Origin: Candidatus Gottesmanbacteria bacterium
Lineage (GTDB): Bacteria; Patescibacteriota; Microgenomatia; 2-02-FULL-39-11
NCBI GenBank assembly: GCA_016186795.1
Contig: JACPKY010000001.1
Coordinates: 65,357-129,356 of the forward strand
Direction: 5' to 3'
Length of the DNA stretch: 64,000 nt
Shown one piece after another: positions 10,150 through 19,745 of this stretch (the first letter of the stretch is position 1; the number at the start of each line of letters is the position of its first letter). The notes beneath the pieces were generated by a model. The model ran no database searches, had not been told where the DNA came from, and was given only the letters and a program-made list of their open reading frames with translations. Both the position numbers and the translations under genes were made by a program.

Positions 10150-10185
10150 CTGAAGAGGATTTTGGCCCATGTCAGTTTAGACATG

Positions 10186-10722
10186 TCACTTTAGGATAGT
10201 GATATTTGGTTGGCCAATCGGCAGATCTGATTTGGCCGGATCCCAAAGTAAGTAAACTTTCCCATACGTCTCATTTAACATTTCCACCACTTTGGCTGCT
10301 TCCGTTTCTGATAAATCAGGAAGTTTCGCATTGATTTTGGGAATCTCCTCTCTATGATAATGCCACAACTTTTGTTCGCCAGCGGTTAATCCTTTCCACG
10401 TATTTGTATCGACCACCGTCTCTACTCCTACAAGTCTTGCGTCTTTATCATCTGAATCGTACAGCTGACACTCAAACATACCGCCTTTGACCTGTTTACA
10501 GAAGTGATGTGCTATTTTTTTCTCATCAGCTGGGAAATGTTTCTCTGCATCAATATGAAGAGTAAATCCTTGGTATGGTTTATTTTCTACCTGAGTCATG
10601 GGAGAAGGCTGTGGTGTTTGTGTTGTTGTAGGGCTAACAGTTGCACCGCCTCTTACTACATATCCTAAAACTGCGCCAACGATCAGTACTACTCCTAGCA
10701 TCATCCATTTATTTTGTTCCAT
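10186..10722 (-). CDS. DUF1264/OBAP-family protein with N-terminal TM
   Basis: AHHFCK...ECQLYDSD...RLVGVE...LWHYH motifs; SD before ATG 10722. Confidence 0.8.
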   Translation of the reverse strand: MEQNKWMMLGVVLIVGAVLGYVVRGGATVSPTTTQTPQPSPMTQVENKPYQGFTLHIDAEKHFPADEKKIAHHFCKQVKGGMFECQLYDSDDKDARLVGVETVVDTNTWKGLTAGEQKLWHYHREEIPKINAKLPDLSETEAAKVVEMLNETYGKVYLLWDPAKSDLPIGQPNITILK

Positions 10723-10816
10723 GTTTTTGGAACTCACCCCCTTCCTTTGTGATATACGCCACAACAAGTTTTTACTATAAAACTTTACCTTTTGCAATCT
10801 GGTATAATAATTGTGT

Positions 10817-11023
10817 ATGAAAAACGTCATTTCGATGCCGAAAGTATTCCAAGACCCCAAGTATCGGGGAAAACATATTATTCTCGCAGCTGGAAAAGTA
10901 TATACGGCTACTACTGGTGAGCAAGCGGCAAAAATTTTGAAGCGTCTGGAAAAAACACACCCCGAAGTAACCCCAGAAGTGGCCTATCTCCCCAAAGCTC
11001 GTTCCCTTATCTTATGGATGTAA
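10817..11023 (+). CDS. DUF5678-like small protein
   Basis: KYRGKHIILAAGKVY motif; TATAAT directly upstream; overlaps next gene. Confidence 0.65.
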   Translation: MKNVISMPKVFQDPKYRGKHIILAAGKVYTATTGEQAAKILKRLEKTHPEVTPEVAYLPKARSLILWM

Positions 11024-11424
11024 AATTTTCCTTCGAAGATGGAGGAAAAACTGCTCTTGGTCACATTTATCGACCCATTGCCAAAGTCACTTTTCATTCA
11101 CCAAAAGTAGAAAAAGCCGTTGATGTTTGGATGGTGGTTGATACTGGAGCAGACTATACTATACTTCCCCGTCATATTAGTAAAAAACTGCGTATTTCTT
11201 TTAAATCTGACTGTATCAAAGATAAAACCTTTGGTGTGGGAGGAAATCAAACAATTTATTTTTATAAATCGAAACTGAAAGCGACCATCGGATCAATTGA
11301 AAGAAAAATTCCGATTGCTTTTTTTGATAACAATGAAATTCCTCCTCTGTTAGGACGCCTCGGATTTTTGGAATCATTTGATACGGAGTTTCTAAAAACC
11401 CATATTGTAATCTTCAAAGACTAA
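11014..11424 (+). CDS. Retropepsin-like aspartyl protease
   Basis: RPIAKV, VDTGADYT, LLGRLGFL motifs. Confidence 0.85.
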   Translation: MDVKFSFEDGGKTALGHIYRPIAKVTFHSPKVEKAVDVWMVVDTGADYTILPRHISKKLRISFKSDCIKDKTFGVGGNQTIYFYKSKLKATIGSIERKIPIAFFDNNEIPPLLGRLGFLESFDTEFLKTHIVIFKD

Positions 11425-11425
11425 A

Positions 11426-12385
11426 ATGAAGATCATCGTAAGTTTGGGAATAATTCTAGTTGTAATACTTTTTGTAGTAAGCCTCTATTTCCTAGCTCCG
11501 ACAGGTTTTTCCGATGAAAAAATTCGTATCGTTCGCCCGCTCGATTTTCCTGCCGATACCATTTTTTCACAATTGGAAGATCAGAATCTTATCCGGTCGA
11601 AAACACTTCTTTCACTTCTCCTTTTCGTACTAAAACCCGGAGGAACTATTGAACCAGGAGCCTATCAACTCTCACATCGCATGAATCTATTCCAAATCGC
11701 AGACACTCTCCTCAATCACCCGTATCAGAAATGGGTAACTCTTATACCCGGTCTCAGAAAAGAGCAGGTTGCAGAAAAATTGGCAGAAAAATTTTCATGG
11801 AAAGATTCGCAAACGAAAGAATTTCTTGAAATTGCGAAGGAAGGATACCTTTTCCCGGACACGTATTTACTAAACGTCGATTATTCTCCTGAGGAAATGT
11901 ACCAGCGGATACTTTCCAATTTCAACGAAAAATTTGATGCGCAAATGCAAAAGGATTTACTTTCCCAAAACATTCGAAATGATACGGCAATCAAAATTGC
12001 CTCCCTCATCGAACGAGAAGCAGGTGGAGAAGATGATAAAGCATTGATTGCCGGTATCATTTGGAACCGGCTGAATAAGAATATGAAGCTGCAAATAGAT
12101 GCGACGATTCAGTATGCTATGGGAAAAGGTCATGGCTTTCCTGCCGATAGTTGGTGGCCGGAAGTTTCCCATGATGATATTCTCACAAATGAATCACCAT
12201 ACAACACGTATAAATATGAAGGACTTCCCCCAGGACCAATTGCTAGCCCTTCGCTTTCTTCAATCAAATCCGTTGTCTATCCCCAAGAAACCGATTGCCT
12301 CTACTACCTCCATGATGCTAATAAACAAATCCACTGTGCCGAAACTTACGAAGAACATCTGGAGAATATCAAAAATTATTTGTAG
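11426..12385 (+). CDS. mltG: Endolytic murein transglycosylase
   Basis: EGYLFPDTY, ASLIEREA, LQIDAT, SPYNTY..GLPPGPI. Confidence 0.93.
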   Translation: MKIIVSLGIILVVILFVVSLYFLAPTGFSDEKIRIVRPLDFPADTIFSQLEDQNLIRSKTLLSLLLFVLKPGGTIEPGAYQLSHRMNLFQIADTLLNHPYQKWVTLIPGLRKEQVAEKLAEKFSWKDSQTKEFLEIAKEGYLFPDTYLLNVDYSPEEMYQRILSNFNEKFDAQMQKDLLSQNIRNDTAIKIASLIEREAGGEDDKALIAGIIWNRLNKNMKLQIDATIQYAMGKGHGFPADSWWPEVSHDDILTNESPYNTYKYEGLPPGPIASPSLSSIKSVVYPQETDCLYYLHDANKQIHCAETYEEHLENIKNYL

Positions 12386-12399
12386 TATAAAAGAAATAT

Positions 12400-12564
12400 A
12401 TGAAGAAACTTTTTAATTGGGAACTTATTCTTTTTTCGGCAATTCTGTTCGTGGGAGTGGGCCTGACACAACTTTCCTCGATGAGTTTCTTGGATATCCA
12501 ACTCCCTTCAAATTTATTCAATACACAACCAAGTGTAACCCCTACCCCAACGCCTGAATCGTAA
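12400..12564 (+). CDS. Small membrane protein, 54 aa (not in ORF track)
   Basis: MKKLFNWELILFSAILFVGVGL...VTPTPTPES. Confidence 0.6.
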   Translation: MKKLFNWELILFSAILFVGVGLTQLSSMSFLDIQLPSNLFNTQPSVTPTPTPES

Positions 12565-12565
12565 A

Positions 12566-12814
12566 TTATTTTCGAAGTAAAAGAGGAAGAAAATGGCCAA
12601 TAACGCCTATCGCCAAAAATGACAACCCCCACCTTAAAGGATGTCCTCCAACTATCGGGTATGTAATAAGAATTCCCACTCCAACCCCGGCACACCAATG
12701 AATAACTGCATTGTAGTTTTCATGTTCCTTAAAGTAATCGCGCAGTTTTTGAAAATATGATTGCACAAAAATCACCCCTGAATACATTGTGAAAGATCGT
12801 ATAAACAAAGTCAA
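12566..12814 (-). CDS. Small two-TM membrane protein
   Basis: YFKEH..YNA.IH..AGVGVGILITYP...HPLRWG; start uncertain. Confidence 0.6.
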   Translation of the reverse strand: MTLFIRSFTMYSGVIFVQSYFQKLRDYFKEHENYNAVIHWCAGVGVGILITYPIVGGHPLRWGLSFLAIGVIGHFLPLLLRK

Positions 12815-12870
12815 TTGACTTTAGATTATTGAGGAATGGACGTATATTCTGATAGAATAAGACGTCTTTT

Positions 12871-12942
12871 GCCGAGGTGGCTCAGTGGTAGAGCGAGTAC
12901 TTGGTAAGTACTAGGTCACGGGTCCAATTCCCGTCCTCGGCT
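12871..12942 (+). tRNA. tRNA-Thr(GGT)
   Basis: GCCGAGG/CCTCGGC acceptor, AGTAC-TTGGTAA-GTACT arm. Confidence 0.95.
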
Positions 12943-12959
12943 CAGAAATTTTGTTGAGT

Positions 12960-13018
12960 CAGATAAACGGTCCCGACTCAGTCGGGATTGACTGTGGGTT
13001 CGATTCCCACCTCAGGCT
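12960..13018 (+). pseudogene. 3' tRNA remnant with an inserted palindrome
   Basis: GTGGG-TTCGATT-CCCAC T-arm plus CTCAGGC acceptor strand; TCCCGAC-TCA-GTCGGGA hairpin upstream; no matching 5' half. Confidence 0.7.
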
Positions 13019-13060
13019 CACAACGCGACCCTAGAAATGGGCTTTTGGTGAATATTATAT

Positions 13061-13285
13061 CTATTGATTGATAACGTAATAGTCAATGAGTCGGCGTATC
13101 ATTGCTTGATAAGATGCTTTGTGTTTTTTGGCAACGCTCTTAAAAAAATCTAGGCTTTTCGAAGTCAACGTCAATGTTACGCGCGTTTTTTTCTCCTTAA
13201 GAATAAGATCTTCAGGCTTAGGGAGAAAATCGCTTACCACTCGTGCTTCAATTGGTTCGTTATTGTACCTGATTTTGCTTTTCAT
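13061..13285 (-). CDS. BrnA/CopG-like antitoxin
   Basis: DFLPKPEDL, RVTLTL..SLDFFK..YQAMIR RHH pattern; overlaps BrnT. Confidence 0.8.
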   Translation of the reverse strand: MKSKIRYNNEPIEARVVSDFLPKPEDLILKEKKTRVTLTLTSKSLDFFKSVAKKHKASYQAMIRRLIDYYVINQ

Positions 13286-13544
13286 AGATTTTTTTCCCCT
13301 TTCTCCAGTAACCGGCACCGATTATTCGAATACGGTTTGCCCGGTAGGTAAATCGGACAGTTAGTACACCTCCTTTCACTTTTCCAAAAACATAATATCT
13401 TTTTTCTTTTTTACTATGTGATGTATCTTCGGCAACAATACGCATTGGATCTATAAATGCATATTGAGCCGTCTCAAAATCTACTCCATGTTTTTCTACA
13501 TTTTCACTATTTTTCTTCTCATCCCACTCAAATGAAGTTTTCAT
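13260..13544 (-). CDS. BrnT-family toxin
   Basis: FEWDEKKN..N..KHGVDF, HS..EKRY, IRIIGA. Confidence 0.88.
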   Translation of the reverse strand: MKTSFEWDEKKNSENVEKHGVDFETAQYAFIDPMRIVAEDTSHSKKEKRYYVFGKVKGGVLTVRFTYRANRIRIIGAGYWRKGKKIYEKQNQVQ

Positions 13545-13645
13545 ATAGGTATGACTATTTTTCATATATTTTAGCATATATTTATATGAAATATCAATCC
13601 ACAAAAAAGCACCAAAATAAGAAATCTGCTACAATAGTCTAGCTT

Positions 13646-14446
13646 ATGCAGTCTACAAAATCTCGCATCGATATCGCCCGTGAAGGGTTTATGAAGAAGG
13701 AGAAAGATCTTTCTCTTGCCGCACATACCAAAAAAACAATTCAAGCATCGATAAACCACAAAGAAGGCCACAAGACGAGCTTTAATCTTCCTGAGATTAT
13801 TTTAGGCGGACAAGATGGACTGGTGAATGTCTTGGGGGTGATACTCGGAGTTGCAGCAGCAACTGGAGATACCCGAATCGTTGTTATTGCCGGACTTGCG
13901 GCCACATTTGCTGAAAGTATTTCCATGGGAGCTGTTGCCTACACCGCAACTCTTGCTGAAGTCGACTATTACCACTCAGAGCATGAAAGAGAAAAATGGG
14001 AAATAGAACACTTTCCAAAAGGCGAAAAAGAAGAAGTACGAAGTCTCTATAAGCGATATGGATTCAAGGGAGATCTTTTAGAAAAAATTGTCGACACAAT
14101 TACGTCTGATAAAAAGGTCTGGTTGGAGGTTATGATGAATCAAGAACTCAAACTCGAACCTGTGGATCGAGGAAGCGCACTGCAAAAGGCGTTCATCGTG
14201 GGAATTTCTGCAGTCATCGGATCGTTCATCCCTCTTACCCCCTATTTTCTTTTTTCGGTAAAAGACGCAACAGTCGTCTCGCTTTTTTTCTCGGCTTTTG
14301 TCCTTTTTGCAATCGGATACTATAAAGCGCGGGTAACACTTGGAAGGAAACTCATAAGTCAAGGTCTGCAGATGATGGTCATTGGAATGGTATCGGCAAT
14401 CGTGGGATACTTTATCGGGACACTTTTTAAAATAACTGGGTTCTAA
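13646..14446 (+). CDS. VIT1/CCC1 family Fe/Mn transporter
   Basis: IILGGQDGLV, AESISMGAVAY, PLTPY. Confidence 0.88.
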   Translation: MQSTKSRIDIAREGFMKKEKDLSLAAHTKKTIQASINHKEGHKTSFNLPEIILGGQDGLVNVLGVILGVAAATGDTRIVVIAGLAATFAESISMGAVAYTATLAEVDYYHSEHEREKWEIEHFPKGEKEEVRSLYKRYGFKGDLLEKIVDTITSDKKVWLEVMMNQELKLEPVDRGSALQKAFIVGISAVIGSFIPLTPYFLFSVKDATVVSLFFSAFVLFAIGYYKARVTLGRKLISQGLQMMVIGMVSAIVGYFIGTLFKITGF

Positions 14447-14497
14447 AAAACCATCCGTATTGCGGAAATCTTCTCGCTTGTATATAATTGCCGAACT

Positions 14498-14671
14498 ATG
14501 GCAAAGAAAGAAAAACGTGTCGTCATTGCTCTTGTCTGTACTGTTTGCAAAAGCCAAAATTACATAACGTCAAAAAATAAGTTAAACCAAAAAGAGAAAC
14601 TCGTACGGAGCAAATTCTGCAAGCATTGTCGCAAACATACCCAACACAAAGAGACGGAGAAGCTGGACTAA
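14498..14671 (+). CDS. rpmG: 50S ribosomal protein L33 (Zn-binding form; not in ORF track)
   Basis: MAKKEKRVVIALVCTVCKSQNYITSKNK...KFCKHCRKHTQHKE. Confidence 0.95.
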   Translation: MAKKEKRVVIALVCTVCKSQNYITSKNKLNQKEKLVRSKFCKHCRKHTQHKETEKLD

Positions 14672-14674
14672 GCC

Positions 14675-15235
14675 ATGCCTAAAGGTACTGCATATCTTTT
14701 CATTGTCCTTTCTGCACTTGCATTTTTCCTGATTGGCTTTAATGCGGGCAAGATTCTTGGTCCCAAAAATGAAAGTATCACCATACTTCCTTCTCCAACA
14801 CCTTTTCCGCCAACACCCACCCCTTCACTCCTCCCTACCCTTCCATTGAAAGAGTCGACATCTTCGGGGCAAGTACAGGGAACATCAACATACACCAACA
14901 GGTCATGCGGATTTTCATTCTCCTATCCGGGATCGTACCTAAACCAAAAATCGGTCAATAACCAATCGATTATTCTGACCGACCCAAATAATCCAAATCT
15001 GGCAATAGCAACAACGTGTGCTGCACGACTACCAAAACCCTCCATAGGGCCTGAAAATATTGAGATTATTACTCTTGGCGGAGAAACGGCAACCCTCTAC
15101 CATGATAAAGATGAAGAAGGAAATCCGAGGGAAGATGTGTTTGTTACTCACCCGGAAACTGGGATGGAAATTATCATTGCCGGCTTTGGCGCAGCCTTCC
15201 AAAGCGCTCTTTCTACCTTTAAATTTATTCGATAA
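14675..15235 (+). CDS. Membrane-anchored PsbP-like hypothetical protein
   Basis: TM, PT linker, YTN..CGFSFSYP, ends STFKF. Confidence 0.7.
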   Translation: MPKGTAYLFIVLSALAFFLIGFNAGKILGPKNESITILPSPTPFPPTPTPSLLPTLPLKESTSSGQVQGTSTYTNRSCGFSFSYPGSYLNQKSVNNQSIILTDPNNPNLAIATTCAARLPKPSIGPENIEIITLGGETATLYHDKDEEGNPREDVFVTHPETGMEIIIAGFGAAFQSALSTFKFIR

Positions 15236-15261
15236 GCCCCATTTTTTGGTATGCTGATGAA

Positions 15262-15321
15262 GCTCCACGGGCTTACGCCCGTGGTATCTTCAAATTCTTC
15301 GGCGAGCGGAATCCGCCGAAG
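15262..15321. repeat. REP-like palindromic pair
   Basis: CCACGGGC-TTAC-GCCCGTGG and TTCGGCG...CGCCGAA hairpins. Confidence 0.6.
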
Positions 15322-15382
15322 CATAAAAACCTCGCTATCGTTATTGCAAATGGTTGTACTCCCCTGTAAAATTAATCAACTC

Positions 15383-16045
15383 ATGTATCAATTCATCTTC
15401 CTAAAAAGTGCCATTTCTCACACTACAACGACCGAACTCGTATTGGCACTTGTTCAGAAAATCTCGGAACCGGGCCTCACAGTTCAAATACTCAAGCTCC
15501 CATATACTTCAAAGGTACCTGTCAAAGCCAACTACCTGAAAGAGCTGTACCTTTCACCGGATCTTTTCTCTTCTCTCCCCATAGAAAAATTGACAGCTGA
15601 GGAAATCCAGTCTGACGAATTCATTATCCATTTCCCATTCAAAGGCCAATCTCTTGACCCTCTCGATAACCGTTTTGGAGACCTCTTTGGAACTCTTGTA
15701 CGAGTCAACCACATGCTCTTTCCCCTTCCCCACACCGACCTTATAACACTAAACACCTCCGTCGACAGCCTGAGTGTAAGCCGATTTGCAACAGACTCAT
15801 CAACCCCCCAGAAACTCTATACCACCGAGCCTTTTTATCAATCTCTGGACCCAAACACCAACCCCGCATCTATCCAATGCCAAGTTAGAGACCCGAAAAC
15901 GGGGAGGCAATATTCTCGTGAAATTCAACTCAGTAACACAGGATTATCTTTTGACCTAGATCTTTCCGACCCTCTCAGAGAGGAACCAATAAGAGAAAAA
16001 TTTGCCCAATCAGGGCTTGCACTCGTATCATCACTCCTATGTTAA
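15383..16045 (+). CDS. Hypothetical protein
   Basis: ORF with TAAAAT just upstream of ATG 15383. Confidence 0.6.
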   Translation: MYQFIFLKSAISHTTTTELVLALVQKISEPGLTVQILKLPYTSKVPVKANYLKELYLSPDLFSSLPIEKLTAEEIQSDEFIIHFPFKGQSLDPLDNRFGDLFGTLVRVNHMLFPLPHTDLITLNTSVDSLSVSRFATDSSTPQKLYTTEPFYQSLDPNTNPASIQCQVRDPKTGRQYSREIQLSNTGLSFDLDLSDPLREEPIREKFAQSGLALVSSLLC

Positions 16046-16338
16046 AGAAAAAGTCCCTCATACGAGAAATTCTTGTTGCAGATTGTCCTGTCTGCAAAGA
16101 AGATTTTTCCCTGGACTGCACCAACACCGCACCGTCACGGGGTGACTACGGTCTTTTCTTCCTTTATCCCCCTCTCAACAAAAGAACTCCCAGTGAAAAA
16201 TTTGCAGAACTAAACGAGCAATTACGAACAGAGTCTCCTTGCAAAGTAATCGAGGTCTGGGAAGAAAAACTCGAAGAGCACAGAAAAAACTGTCAAGGGC
16301 AGATCACAATTCAAGGACTCGAAACGAAGCCAAGCTGA
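16039..16338 (+). CDS. Small putative Zn-binding protein
   Basis: CPVC...HRKNC. Confidence 0.6.
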   Translation: MLKKKSLIREILVADCPVCKEDFSLDCTNTAPSRGDYGLFFLYPPLNKRTPSEKFAELNEQLRTESPCKVIEVWEEKLEEHRKNCQGQITIQGLETKPS

Positions 16339-16344
16339 ACTACT

Positions 16345-16602
16345 ATGTCATCAACGTATCTGGTCTTCACTTGTCATAAATGCCAAAAAAGCCTCCAACT
16401 ATACCAAAAGTCTGAAGTAGACGTAACCTTGGTCGGATCACTTCTGAAAGAAAAAAACCAAAAAACAATTCGAACCGTTGGGATACTTTTGGTATGTCAA
16501 CAAAACATCCGCCACTTTCATCACTGGCTTGACGAAATTGTCATGCACCGTGTCGCGTGTGACGGAAGCGTGGAATTCGGCGGCCAGGGATTCCTTGACT
16601 AG
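16345..16602 (+). CDS. Small putative Zn-binding protein, paralog of previous
   Basis: CHKC...HRVAC. Confidence 0.6.
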   Translation: MSSTYLVFTCHKCQKSLQLYQKSEVDVTLVGSLLKEKNQKTIRTVGILLVCQQNIRHFHHWLDEIVMHRVACDGSVEFGGQGFLD

Positions 16603-16629
16603 TTTCTCGTATCGATCACCATTTTACGT

Positions 16630-18162
16630 ATGGAAGATAATTCTTCAATTCATTCCTCCCTCAACCACCACCGATACGCAACCTTTGCAATCGTCACTTT
16701 TCTTATCATTCTGACAATCGGTGTTGTCTTTATCTCTCAACAATTTCAACATCAGCTCGTTGCAATTTCTCAATCGAAAGCTGCAGAACCGACCCTTGCG
16801 GGAACAAATACATTCACTCATGGACCTCTTGTTGGTGCTGTTTCTGATACATCGGCAACGGTGTGGGTCCGAATACAAGAAGCCAAAACGAATCAAAATC
16901 TTTCTGTTTCCCTGAAATCACAAACGGCAGGAGAAGCCGTTAAAACGGCATCCCTTATTCCTGTCCACTTCACAACCGACTCAGGTTGGGACTATACGTG
17001 GAAGGCAGAAGTGGAAAATTTGACTCCACTCACGACCTATATCGTCAATGTCCGGAACAATGGCATCAATCTCGCTCCACCAATTGGGAAAAAAACTCAG
17101 TTCAAAACCTTTGCATCAAAAGGTGTGGATAAGGATTTTAAAATCCATATCTTTACCGATTTTGGCACGAAGAATTCGAGCCAGGATTACGTCGTAACAA
17201 ATACGTTTCCCTCAGCAGCAAGTGAGCCAATCAAGCCTGATATGGTTGTTGTTGGAGGAGATTTCTGGCACTTCAATAGCGCCCAAGGACTCAAACCTGA
17301 TCAACTGAATAAATTCATCAAAAACCAGCAGCAATATTTCAAATACAGCTATATGCTCAATAGTCCGATTGCTCCTCTTGATGATTTTGTCAGTCAGTTT
17401 CTTGCCAACTATCCGCTGGTACATTTTTTTGATGATCATGACCAAGGATTAAATAACACTGATAAAACATTCCAGTGGAAGACTCAATCAATTCAAGTTT
17501 TGAAAGATTTCTTCCCAGTCTATCAAGAAGAAAGTATGACGAATGGTGATTGGCAACAATTTTCCTATGGTCAGGCAGATTTCTTTGTTCTTGATACACG
17601 AAGTCAAAGAGATCCGAATAGTACTGCCGATGGTCCAGCGAAATCAATGCTTGGTCAAGAACAATTGCAATTTCTGAAAAATGGACTCATTTCTTCAACA
17701 GCGAAATGGAAAATCATCTTTTCACCCTCTCCGTTTAATCCAACCCTTCCAAAGAATGATGCATGGGCTGGGTTCAAATTTGAACATGACGATATCGTAA
17801 ATTTTGTCAAAACGAACGGAACACAAGGAGTTATCGTTATTTCAGGAGATGCTCATGCAGGAGGAATCGATGATGGAACCAATGCTGGTCTTGCTGAACT
17901 GTTTGTTCCTTCCCCTAACGTTGACCACTGTGCAACCGTTGGTCCAACACTTGGTACATGGAGTCATGGATCATATGGGACTGCAGACCATGGAGGAGAT
18001 GATCCTCCATGTCCGGGATATGGAACGGTGCGAATTTTAACCAATCCCGATCGGGCCGTCCTTCGTGTAAAAGATGATAATGGTAGGAAAAAACTCATGT
18101 ACCGATATTTTCTGAATCCTCAAGATAGCCAACGATACAAAAATCTTGCGGAAGATGAGTAA
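16630..18162 (+). CDS. phoD: PhoD-family alkaline phosphatase, membrane anchored
   Basis: HGPLVG..ATVWVR, DDHD, LDTRSQR, SMLG.EQL, DAW.GF, ISGDAH. Confidence 0.88.
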   Translation: MEDNSSIHSSLNHHRYATFAIVTFLIILTIGVVFISQQFQHQLVAISQSKAAEPTLAGTNTFTHGPLVGAVSDTSATVWVRIQEAKTNQNLSVSLKSQTAGEAVKTASLIPVHFTTDSGWDYTWKAEVENLTPLTTYIVNVRNNGINLAPPIGKKTQFKTFASKGVDKDFKIHIFTDFGTKNSSQDYVVTNTFPSAASEPIKPDMVVVGGDFWHFNSAQGLKPDQLNKFIKNQQQYFKYSYMLNSPIAPLDDFVSQFLANYPLVHFFDDHDQGLNNTDKTFQWKTQSIQVLKDFFPVYQEESMTNGDWQQFSYGQADFFVLDTRSQRDPNSTADGPAKSMLGQEQLQFLKNGLISSTAKWKIIFSPSPFNPTLPKNDAWAGFKFEHDDIVNFVKTNGTQGVIVISGDAHAGGIDDGTNAGLAELFVPSPNVDHCATVGPTLGTWSHGSYGTADHGGDDPPCPGYGTVRILTNPDRAVLRVKDDNGRKKLMYRYFLNPQDSQRYKNLAEDE

Positions 18163-18300
18163 CCTCCTCTTACACTTTTGGCAAAACTGCGCCTAGCCCG
18201 TTCATCTGTCTCCATACTCCAGCTTCCCGCCCTACAACATTTCCATCATACTCTATCGTATGGAAACACGAAAATTGGTATAATAAGCGGATTAAACGAT

Positions 18301-18374
18301 AGGCCCATAGGTTAATGGTAGACCAGAGGACTCCAAATCCTCTAGTGGGGGTTCGATTCCCTCTGGGCCTGCCA
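18301..18374 (+). tRNA. tRNA-Trp(CCA)
   Basis: AGGCCCA/TGGGCCT acceptor, GAGGA-CTCCAAA-TCCTC arm, CCA end. Confidence 0.95.
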
Positions 18375-18378
18375 GCTT

Positions 18379-18816
18379 TTATTTGTACTTTGCCAGAGGT
18401 ACAACTCTTACGCCTTTGATTTTTGATTGATGCTTGGGGTTATCGGTAACAAGAATGGCGTCCTCTTTTTTAGCCAAAGCTGCAAATGCAGCATCATAAT
18501 ATGTGAACTTTTTATCACCAAGTAACCTCACTTCATATGCCATTTGATAAGTTTGAAAAGCTAGGTTAGGAGTTTCAGAAATAAACTCTATCGGAAGACT
18601 GGAGATTGTTCCCAAATTTTGATTAGCTTGATTCACTTCTATACCCTTTTTAAGTATCGCATTTCCCACCTCATATTTAGCAAGTTCGGGAGCTATCAAA
18701 ATCGCTTTTCCCGCCTGGGCATCCACAAGTATTTGGTTTGCCTCTTTTATATTCGATTCGTTATTCTGCTTGACCCATTTAACCATCACCGAACTATCCA
18801 CTACTACTTTTTTCAT
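18379..18816 (-). CDS. PIN-domain (VapC) toxin
   Basis: VVDSSV..KW, YEVGN, TYYDA, LVTDN. Confidence 0.9.
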   Translation of the reverse strand: MKKVVVDSSVMVKWVKQNNESNIKEANQILVDAQAGKAILIAPELAKYEVGNAILKKGIEVNQANQNLGTISSLPIEFISETPNLAFQTYQMAYEVRLLGDKKFTYYDAAFAALAKKEDAILVTDNPKHQSKIKGVRVVPLAKYK

Positions 18817-18818
18817 AT

Positions 18819-19100
18819 CTATCTACGTGCTTCTCTATCTCTTGCTATAAATTTTGAAAGGCTACCTTTATATTTACCTTTATAAGAACGGGCTAAATTT
18901 ATTTTCCTCCATAACTCATCCCAGTCGACCTTTTTTTGACTTGAAGTATGGGGTCTTATAATGACTTCATCCTCTTTTTCGGCAATAATAGTTACCGCCG
19001 ATTGGGGAGACATCCAATCTCTACTCTTTCTTATAGATTCGGGTACTGTAAGCTGTCCTCGATCTCTTATAATGACTGTTTCCTGAATTTGCGTGTTCAT
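18819..19100 (-). CDS. AbrB/MazE-type antitoxin
   Basis: IRDRGQLTVPESIR. Confidence 0.85.
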   Translation of the reverse strand: MNTQIQETVIIRDRGQLTVPESIRKSRDWMSPQSAVTIIAEKEDEVIIRPHTSSQKKVDWDELWRKINLARSYKGKYKGSLSKFIARDREARR

Positions 19101-19252
19101 TCTGAAAATCAGAATATCAGAAAATCAGAATAATGTCAAGGAAAATAAAACCCCGATAGATACTCCTCTGTGATTGCACCGAACCAACTGATGAATCAGC
19201 AGATCAATGACTAGTTTCTCTATCGGGGCTTTCGCACGTTCCTCCTTGGGGA

Positions 19253-19678
19253 TTATTTCAAAAGTACCACCACTCCTATGGCAATCAAGACAAACGCAAC
19301 GATTTGGATGGGCTGTATGGATTCTTTGGCGATAACCACTCCCAGAATTACCGGAATAAGGATTGATAATCCAACGGTAATTTGGGTTCCTACTGCAACA
19401 CTCAATCCCCTCGAGTATGCAATGAAGCTCAGGATTTCGGCAGTCCCAACTGCCAATCCTGCAAGTATCGCCAATACCACTCCGTGAGTCGTTACGTGTA
19501 TTGGTTGCCCGGTGACATACAAAAATAGTACCACCGCGATACCTTCGACCGCTGCGGTCACTTGCAATACCGCAGCTCCGAACGATGTGGTTATTCCTGT
19601 TTTGGCAGATCTGGAAATCAGGAATGTGTAGCCCCCGTATGCCACTCCTGCCATCAGTGCGAACACGCTGGGAATCAC
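19253..19678 (-). CDS. EamA/DMT-family small transporter
   Basis: About five TM helices; AGGAGG SD before GTG 19678. Confidence 0.75.
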   Translation of the reverse strand: MIPSVFALMAGVAYGGYTFLISRSAKTGITTSFGAAVLQVTAAVEGIAVVLFLYVTGQPIHVTTHGVVLAILAGLAVGTAEILSFIAYSRGLSVAVGTQITVGLSILIPVILGVVIAKESIQPIQIVAFVLIAIGVVVLLK

Positions 19679-19745
19679 GATTTCCTCCTTCTTGATTGGC
19701 TTGGAGAAGGCGGCCTCCAAGGTTACTGTCGTCGCAGTACGACTA

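Noticed and set aside
9550-13018. Split/trans-spliced tRNA from the 9550 5' piece and the 12993 3' piece
   Set aside because: GCTGAGG and CTCAGGC do not form a canonical 7-bp acceptor stem without a bulge, and no anticodon arm is available
18170-18270. Short minus-strand open frame before tRNA-Trp
   Set aside because: No start and no recognisable homology; at most a gene remnant
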